Origin: Fidelibacterota bacterium | GTDB taxonomy: Bacteria; Fidelibacterota; Marinisomatia; Marinisomatales; UBA2128 | Assembly: GCA_046861645.1 (NCBI GenBank) | Contig: JBHHUM010000058.1 | Location: forward strand, 1-13,757 | DNA length: 13,757 bases | Reading direction: 5' to 3' | Shown: positions 7,788-13,757 of the stretch, in pieces | Numbering within the stretch: position 1 is the stretch's first letter | Layout of the letters: the number at the start of each line of letters is the position of its first letter | Position numbers and translations under genes: made by a program | Notes under the pieces: generated by a model | Databases searched by the model: none | Seen by the model: only the letters and a program-made list of their open reading frames with translations | What the model was told of the DNA's origin: nothing

Positions 7788-8504
7788 ATGAATTACAAAT
7801 TACTAATAACACTAATCTTGGTAATACTGGTATTATCCCCTTCTTCAAATATTTTTACCAGTCCACGGGTCAATGGAATATATCAGAATCAAAGTGAGGC
7901 CACTCATAATCATCCCCAACAAACAGGTCAGCATAGGTTCATCGATGCTGAAAAATGGGCAAAAAGGTTTGAAAACCCTGAAAGGGATAAATGGCAGAAA
8001 CCTGATGAAGTCATTCGTTCACTAAAACTCAAAGGTGATGAAACTGTTGTTGATATTGGATCGGCAACGGGATATTTTCCAGTTCGTTTTGCAAAAATAG
8101 TTACTGAGGGGCAGGTTTACGGAGTTGACATCGAAGAATCCATGGTGGATTATCTTAATCATAGAGCTAAACAAGAAGGTATCCTCAATCTGAAGAGTAT
8201 ATTAGGAAATCCTGATAATCCTTTGATTCCTGAAAATGCAGATGTCATTTTCATTTGTGATACTTACCATCATATTGAAAAAAGAATAGACTATTTTTCT
8301 CGTTTGAAAGGCAGTTTCAAACCTGATGGTCGATTAGTGATCGTAGATTTTATCAAAGGAGATCTACCTGTCGGACCTCCAGATCATATGAAATTATCAG
8401 AACAAGTTGTTATTTCGGAACTATCAGAAGCCGGTTACAAACTTTCACAAAAAGTGGAATTGCTTCCCTATCAGTACTTTTTAATATTCCAAATTAACAA
8501 TTAA
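7788..8504 (+). CDS. Class I SAM-dependent methyltransferase with an N-terminal signal/anchor
   Basis: FENPERDKWQKPDEV, motif I VVDIGSATGYF, VYGVDI, DVIFICDTYHH, KPDGRLVIVDF; hydrophobic N-terminus LLITLILVILVL. Confidence 0.9.
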   Translation: MNYKLLITLILVILVLSPSSNIFTSPRVNGIYQNQSEATHNHPQQTGQHRFIDAEKWAKRFENPERDKWQKPDEVIRSLKLKGDETVVDIGSATGYFPVRFAKIVTEGQVYGVDIEESMVDYLNHRAKQEGILNLKSILGNPDNPLIPENADVIFICDTYHHIEKRIDYFSRLKGSFKPDGRLVIVDFIKGDLPVGPPDHMKLSEQVVISELSEAGYKLSQKVELLPYQYFLIFQINN

Positions 8505-8848
8505 TAAATAGTGGTTTACAATATTATACATATTGTTAGCTATTCAACCACTAACTAAAAAAACCTAAAGCTAAGGTGTCTCCCATAGCACCTTCGGAAA
8601 CTTCCTTTACCCTTATCCTTCCTCTTTTAGCTGGTGAAATTACCTTCCTCCCGTTTAAGGTAATTCTCTTACCTTGGTGCTGAATGGCGGGAGCGATACG
8701 TATCGGAACAAATTAACCTGTAGGGTAAATGTGCTTTGGTTACTTGCGCTTTACCTCAAATATGAATTCATAATATCTCCCCGGGTGCCCTGGGATGACC
8801 AATATAGTGCCCGTCATGAACTAAGCTTTACAAATCATAAGTGTAGTG

Positions 8849-8936
8849 CGGAGAGAGGGGGATTCGAACCCCCGTTACGGGGTTACCGTAAACACGCTTT
8901 CCAAGCGTGCGCCTTCAGCCGCTCGGCCATCTCTCC
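8849..8936 (-). tRNA. tRNA-Ser (anticodon GGA), 3' CCA not encoded
   Basis: GGAGAGATGGCCGAGCGGCTGAAGGCG-CACGC-TTGGAAA-GCGTG-TTTACGGTAACCCCGTAAC-GGGGGTTCGAATCCCCC-TCTCTCCG. It shows a 7-bp acceptor stem, long variable arm, canonical T-loop and discriminator G, followed by CAC rather than CCA. Confidence 0.97.
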
Positions 8937-9000
8937 ACATTTATTAACTGTAAAATAGTTTAGATCTAGTCTATGGTTGTATTGGAGCAAACCAGATAAA

Positions 9001-9495
9001 TCACGCTTCAGCAGTCTTTCCTTTCTCAGGTTCTGCTGACACTTCCTCTGCTGATTTATCCATCTGATTTTCTGTTTCATCTATAGCTGTGGAATCCTGG
9101 GAATCTTCCTTTGATTCGTCTGAAGAGGTAGTATCTGGATCTTCTGGTGTTTCTTCAATGGACTCTTCAACACTACTTTCTTCGGTGGACATAGCCGCTA
9201 CATTTGCATCTGCCGTAGCTTCCTCCTCGACAGATGGTTCTTCAGAAGCCTCTTCCATAACATTATCATGAGTTGGTTCTTCAACAACCAGTTCCATTGC
9301 TTGAGCTTCATCTTCTATCTGTTGGAGATAACTAGTAATAGTCATTCCCTCTGGAATCTTCAACATTGTTTCCTGGAAGCGGTATTGTCCTGTTTTTTCA
9401 GATTTGACCGATTTCACATATTTAACCATGGAATAATTCGGACCTTTCTGTTGTCCTTTTTTGGCTTTCTCAGCAAAAGATTGTTTCTTGGCCAT
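9001..9495 (-). CDS. DUF4295 (ribosomal protein bL38)-like N-terminal domain with a long acidic disordered tail
   Basis: MAKKQSFAEKAKK...MVKYVKSVKSEKTGQYRFQE resembles the DUF4295 pattern MAKK...KxIKxVKSxKTGAYxFxE. AGGAGG lies 4 nt before the ATG. The C-terminal ~100 aa are E/S/D-rich. Confidence 0.65.
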   Translation of the reverse strand: MAKKQSFAEKAKKGQQKGPNYSMVKYVKSVKSEKTGQYRFQETMLKIPEGMTITSYLQQIEDEAQAMELVVEEPTHDNVMEEASEEPSVEEEATADANVAAMSTEESSVEESIEETPEDPDTTSSDESKEDSQDSTAIDETENQMDKSAEEVSAEPEKGKTAEA

Positions 9496-9610
9496 ATTTC
9501 CTCCTGATTAATATAATTCTACTATCCAAAAGCGGTGGCAAATTTAACCTCTTTATTTAATGAGACCATGAATTAATCAAGCCGTATTGAAAACTGAAAA
9601 TTTCTTCAGT

Positions 9611-12600
9611 TTAAGGAGTAGTCATGGGATTGAATTCAAACTCCATCAGATCACCATCTGACCAGGACTTTGGTTTGGTCTGAGATGTTACCACTCTCAT
9701 GCGCTCATTTCCCAAGAATTCAAAGAGCGCAAACCGTTTAACGCCATCATCGAATAAGATCGTCATTTCAAACGGCTTCGTAGAGAAGTTAACATCATAC
9801 CTACCCGGCTGCTCGTTGCTGATTTGAGTACCCATCATTACACCTTGTACAAAACCACTGTCCTCGGAAAAACGCCAGACTGCGGTTAATAAAGCCCCCT
9901 TGTACAACCACTCCCCAACCAAATCCCTGATAACATCCAGTCCCTGTACTGTGGCACTACGAGCACTGTTTCCAGCCAGATCCCTGCCCTCAATTGAAAC
10001 TGAATAAATAGTACCCACTTGAATTAATTCTGTACCAGGGATAACAACATTATCATGATCTCCAGACTGAAGTTCGTCTATCTGAATGGTAAGACGATGG
10101 GGAGAATTCGAATCAGTTACTCCAGCTTCTCGAGACCAAACAACCTCGGCTTGAGACAAATCTTCACTGAAACGAAAACTTATTCCTCTCTCCTTGATGA
10201 TAGAATGCGGCTCAGGGGCAGTAATACCAATTGTCGGAGGTGTAACATCATAAGTTATCTCATTGTTGACAACTTGTTCTCCTAAATTACCAGCCTTATC
10301 CACTCCCTTAAAAGTAAGGTTGTAGATATCTCCATTTGTGAGATTAGGTGCATTTAATAACTCAACAAATTCGTGATTTCCAGCAGATAACTCTCCAGAG
10401 GTTAGATCAACAATTATCTCAGAACCTGTAGAGCTCTCCCAAGTCAAGGATGCTGAAGACAGGTTTTCACTCAAGTAGTACGAGATGAGCGTGTTATTCA
10501 CAAAAGAGGTTGCCTCAGGTGAAATTAAAGTTAATTCTGGAGGATCGATGTCATAAGTGATGTCCTTTAGCTGCACAGTTTCACTTTCGTTACCTGCTAA
10601 ATCAACAGCCTTAAGTTTAAGTCGATAGATTGCTCCGCTCTTAAGGGGAACTTGATCCCATAGTTTTACTTCTTCGTGTCGACCAACTGTAAGAAACTCA
10701 CTGGATAGATCGATAATATAGGGAGATCTAGGATCTGCTTCCCCCCCAGTCTGTTCCCAGATAATTTCCATGAAATCTAAAGGTTCACTTGTGGTAAAGC
10801 TAATAATTGCATTATTAATGAAACTAAACGGCGTAGGAAAAATCTGAGTCAGGGACGGTTTCGACAGATCATAAGTCAAATTTGTAACTGCTTGGGATTG
10901 AGATTGATTTGAAGCTTCATCCTCGCCTGTTATTATCAGCGAATAGATGGAGCCATCTATAAGATTTGCCTGATTTTCAAGAGCAATATTACGATGCTCA
11001 CCTTCAGTTTTACCCTGCTCAGAAAGATTAATCTTATGGGGAGAATTCGGATCAAAGGTACCTCCTTCCCTTTCTAAAATAATACGACCCTTGGCCAATG
11101 GTTCTGACAAAAAGTAATTGATCACAAATGAATTAACAAATTCTCCTCCAGAGGGTCTGGAAACCGCAATAACAGGCGGGATGGTATCGTAACTGATATC
11201 ACTAATTACATCAGATAGGGCGCTATTTCGTCCCAAGTCAGTTCCATTCAATGAAAGTTGATATTTCGCTCCCTGAACTAAATCAGGAGATGGAACCGGG
11301 TTGAAATCTAAATGTTCACCAGCAGATAGTAGTCCATTGGTAAGAGTATATTGATAAGGTGCTTTAGGATCAGCTACTCCTCCAGCTTGTTCAATCATGA
11401 GTGTAGCCGAGGACAATTGTTCACTGAGTGAATAAGAAATTTTTAGTTCATTGATGGAACTTCCCAAAGAGGGAGATAGTATTGTCAACACTGGTGATGT
11501 ATTATCAAAAGTAATGTTCTCAGCGATAGTGCCTGAAGCTCTATTTCCAGCTAAATCCATACCCTCGAAAGAGAGGGAATAAGTTACCCCACTTTGTAGA
11601 TTGGGTAGCACAGCAGTAGAAATATTTTCATGTATGCCCTCCTGAAGGAGGTTGTCTTCCAGTGTAAAGGTAAAACTCGTCTGGAAACCAGCCGGGATAG
11701 CATCTGGTGTCCACACTATTGATCCAGAAATCAACTCTTCAGAAAGTGAAAAGGAAACAGTATCATTATTGATTATGGTCATGGGAGCAGGTCTACTGGC
11801 GACAATGGCTGGAGGTGTGATATCGTAGGATACATTTTCGATGATAACTGGTTCTGCCAGATTTCTGGCCCTATCCCGACCAGTGAACTTAATAGTATAT
11901 TCTTCACCATTAATAAGTTGAGGTGTAGCAGCTAACACGATTGCCAGATGGTCACCTGCTTTTCTTTCCTGTTGAGCAAGTAATGCTTCATGCGGTTCTG
12001 CAGGATCTTCGGTACCTCCTACCCTTACCCAGTTCACTTTGCCGATGAGTAAATCCTCAGAGAGATAATAGTCAAAAGTCCACTCATTGAGCCGGGTACC
12101 TGCACTGGGATAATGGATCACAATGACGGGGGGTTGACTATCAAATCCTATCACAGGAATCAACAGGTCTTCAGCTTTGTTGTTTGCAGCATCACTCCCA
12201 GTGACAGTTAAATCATAAATAGCACCTTCTACCAGGGATGGAGTATTCTGCAATATCACATTGTCGTGCTGGCCCCTTTTCAATTCTGATCTCTCGAGTA
12301 GTACAACATGTGGAGCCAGGGGATCATTGGTTCCTGACTTTTGTTCCCAGCGAAAGATCCCTTTTATCAGATCCTCGGATAAATTATAACTTACTCTGGG
12401 AGTACTTAATATGGTACCGGCTATGGGCACTGCCACCGAAATCTGTGGAGCGATATTATCAAACAATACCTGCTCTACAACGGCTTTTTCACCTTCGTTA
12501 CCAGCTTGATCAATTCCCATCAATTGGAGACGGTACTGAGCACCACTGATCAAAATACCTTCCCTTCCTATTCGAGAATGCTCACCCCAGGTTAATTCCT

Positions 12601-13757
12601 CACCTCTGAGGGTCTGCTTATGAGGAGATGTTGGGTCAGGTTCACCTGATATCCAAATCCAGCTGATTTGAGCTGATTTAAGCGATTCTGATAGTTTATA
12701 AGAGATAAGTGGAGAATTAGTGGCTGAAATGTTTGTCGGAGACGTGATATCTATCTGGGGCGGGGTTACATCATAGGATACACCAGAGATAATTGTTGGA
12801 GCGGCAATATTACCGGCGGCATCTTCGGCACGGAATTCCAAAGTATAAACGGAACCATCCTGTAGATCTGCTTCCTCGATAAAAGTCGTCTTCAGGTGAT
12901 CCCCTGAAATCAACTCTTCACCAATTAAGTTGATCAGATGAGGAGAATTATTATCTTCAACACCATCAGTTCGAGACCAGGAAATTGATCCTTTCAGTAA
13001 ATTCTCACTCAAGCGATAAGATATATAATTACTATTACGGAAAGTATTTGCCTGGGGATCACTTATTTCAATCCGGGGGGGTATGTTATCAAAAGTTAAT
13101 CCGGTAATAACTACCGTATCCGTTGGGTTACCCGCTAAATCGGAACCGAAGATGGTAAGATCATAGACTGTATCATTTATCAGTCGCGGTGCTCGGGCCA
13201 GGGTAACATCCTCGTGAGATCCAGCAGCCAACTCATCCTGAATTAAGGGTACCTCAATAATCTGAGGCTCACCTTCTTCTATTAATTGCTTCCAGATCAC
13301 TTTTCCACTCTGCAAAGGTTCCGATAAAGAGTAACTCATTATTGAGGAATTAATAGGATTATTTGCAACAGGCTTCTTTATTGACAGTTCTGGAGAAGTC
13401 ACATCATACTGTAGTGCTTCCACTCTTATTGTGTCTGCGGCATTTTTTGCTCGATCAAATCCGGAAAAGATGAGTCGATATGTAGTACCATCATGGAGTG
13501 TCGGCGCTCCTCGTAATTGTATATCCCGGTGTACCCCAGCAGAGAGTTCCAGATCACTCAATTCTACCTGATAAGGTGCAGATTCGTCAGCATTTCCTCC
13601 TGTATATTGCCATTCAAAAGTAGCACTCTGTAAGTCTTCAGATAGTCTGTACGAAACACGAGTATGATTAACTACTGCATCATTAGAAGGTGCAATAATA
13701 GATATCTCAGGAGGTGTACTATCGTAATAAAGATCAGTGATATTTACTGGGATGCCA
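9611..13757 (-). CDS. Very large protein with at least 12 tandem ~105-aa bacterial Ig-like repeats and a C-terminal beta domain (5'-partial)
   Basis: The frame stays open from 13561 to the window edge (GIPVNITDLYYDSTPPEISIIAP...VSYRLSEDLQSATFEW...), so the track's TTG is not the start. Repeat consensus: [YF]DxxPPxIxIxxP...N...ISYxLSExL..GxIxW...G..DPxxPH...L...EL..GxH...PxLxxGxxYxLxxxGxDxAGN. Confidence 0.85.
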   Translation of the reverse strand, partial: GIPVNITDLYYDSTPPEISIIAPSNDAVVNHTRVSYRLSEDLQSATFEWQYTGGNADESAPYQVELSDLELSAGVHRDIQLRGAPTLHDGTTYRLIFSGFDRAKNAADTIRVEALQYDVTSPELSIKKPVANNPINSSIMSYSLSEPLQSGKVIWKQLIEEGEPQIIEVPLIQDELAAGSHEDVTLARAPRLINDTVYDLTIFGSDLAGNPTDTVVITGLTFDNIPPRIEISDPQANTFRNSNYISYRLSENLLKGSISWSRTDGVEDNNSPHLINLIGEELISGDHLKTTFIEEADLQDGSVYTLEFRAEDAAGNIAAPTIISGVSYDVTPPQIDITSPTNISATNSPLISYKLSESLKSAQISWIWISGEPDPTSPHKQTLRGEELTWGEHSRIGREGILISGAQYRLQLMGIDQAGNEGEKAVVEQVLFDNIAPQISVAVPIAGTILSTPRVSYNLSEDLIKGIFRWEQKSGTNDPLAPHVVLLERSELKRGQHDNVILQNTPSLVEGAIYDLTVTGSDAANNKAEDLLIPVIGFDSQPPVIVIHYPSAGTRLNEWTFDYYLSEDLLIGKVNWVRVGGTEDPAEPHEALLAQQERKAGDHLAIVLAATPQLINGEEYTIKFTGRDRARNLAEPVIIENVSYDITPPAIVASRPAPMTIINNDTVSFSLSEELISGSIVWTPDAIPAGFQTSFTFTLEDNLLQEGIHENISTAVLPNLQSGVTYSLSFEGMDLAGNRASGTIAENITFDNTSPVLTILSPSLGSSINELKISYSLSEQLSSATLMIEQAGGVADPKAPYQYTLTNGLLSAGEHLDFNPVPSPDLVQGAKYQLSLNGTDLGRNSALSDVISDISYDTIPPVIAVSRPSGGEFVNSFVINYFLSEPLAKGRIILEREGGTFDPNSPHKINLSEQGKTEGEHRNIALENQANLIDGSIYSLIITGEDEASNQSQSQAVTNLTYDLSKPSLTQIFPTPFSFINNAIISFTTSEPLDFMEIIWEQTGGEADPRSPYIIDLSSEFLTVGRHEEVKLWDQVPLKSGAIYRLKLKAVDLAGNESETVQLKDITYDIDPPELTLISPEATSFVNNTLISYYLSENLSSASLTWESSTGSEIIVDLTSGELSAGNHEFVELLNAPNLTNGDIYNLTFKGVDKAGNLGEQVVNNEITYDVTPPTIGITAPEPHSIIKERGISFRFSEDLSQAEVVWSREAGVTDSNSPHRLTIQIDELQSGDHDNVVIPGTELIQVGTIYSVSIEGRDLAGNSARSATVQGLDVIRDLVGEWLYKGALLTAVWRFSEDSGFVQGVMMGTQISNEQPGRYDVNFSTKPFEMTILFDDGVKRFALFEFLGNERMRVVTSQTKPKSWSDGDLMEFEFNPMTTP

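Noticed and set aside
8585..8600. Glycine-riboswitch-like CCGAAGGTGC on the minus strand
   Set aside because: The flanking GGAGAG and CTCTCAGG elements are missing, and there is no downstream gene in that orientation.
5469..8848. Genomic island integrated at the tRNA-Ser 3' end
   Set aside because: I found no integrase and no duplicated tRNA 3' end (att repeat) by eye.
8849..8936. Possibility that the long-variable-arm tRNA is tRNA-Sec (selC)
   Set aside because: The anticodon is GGA, not TCA, and the acceptor stem is the normal 7 bp.
8674..9507. ORFs 8674..8958, 8883..9080, 9089..9271 and 9268..9507
   Set aside because: They overlap the tRNA or are alternate-frame/antisense shadows of 9001..9495.
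10055..12549. + strand ORFs 10055..10285 and 12238..12549
   Set aside because: They are antisense within the large repeat gene and have no independent support.

Overview
A bacterial chromosomal segment of about 40% GC. The gene families suggest an FCB-superphylum organism, possibly Marinisomatota/SAR406 (inference only). In order: (i) a decaying + strand cluster of a helical hypothetical protein, a frameshifted VOC/glyoxalase gene and a second, heavily decayed VOC pseudogene missed by the ORF track; (ii) a tightly coupled five-gene minus-strand operon encoding a FecR-domain/acidic linker/outer-membrane beta-barrel fusion, an unannotated 43-aa membrane peptide, an unannotated SelW/Rdx selenoprotein (CxxU, in-frame UGA with a SECIS-like hairpin), a CTG-initiated exported protein and an acidic hypothetical protein, ending at an intrinsic terminator; (iii) a divergent + strand trio of an alpha-oxoamine synthase (SPT/BioF/Kbl family), an acetoacetate-decarboxylase-like protein and a SAM methyltransferase with a signal-like N-terminus; (iv) a hairpin-dense intergenic region, tRNA-Ser(GGA) and a DUF4295/bL38-like protein with an acidic tail; (v) the 3' part of a very large protein with at least 12 tandem ~105-aa Ig-like repeats that runs off the window. 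No mobile element or CRISPR array was seen. All family calls come from motif recognition by eye, not database searches.
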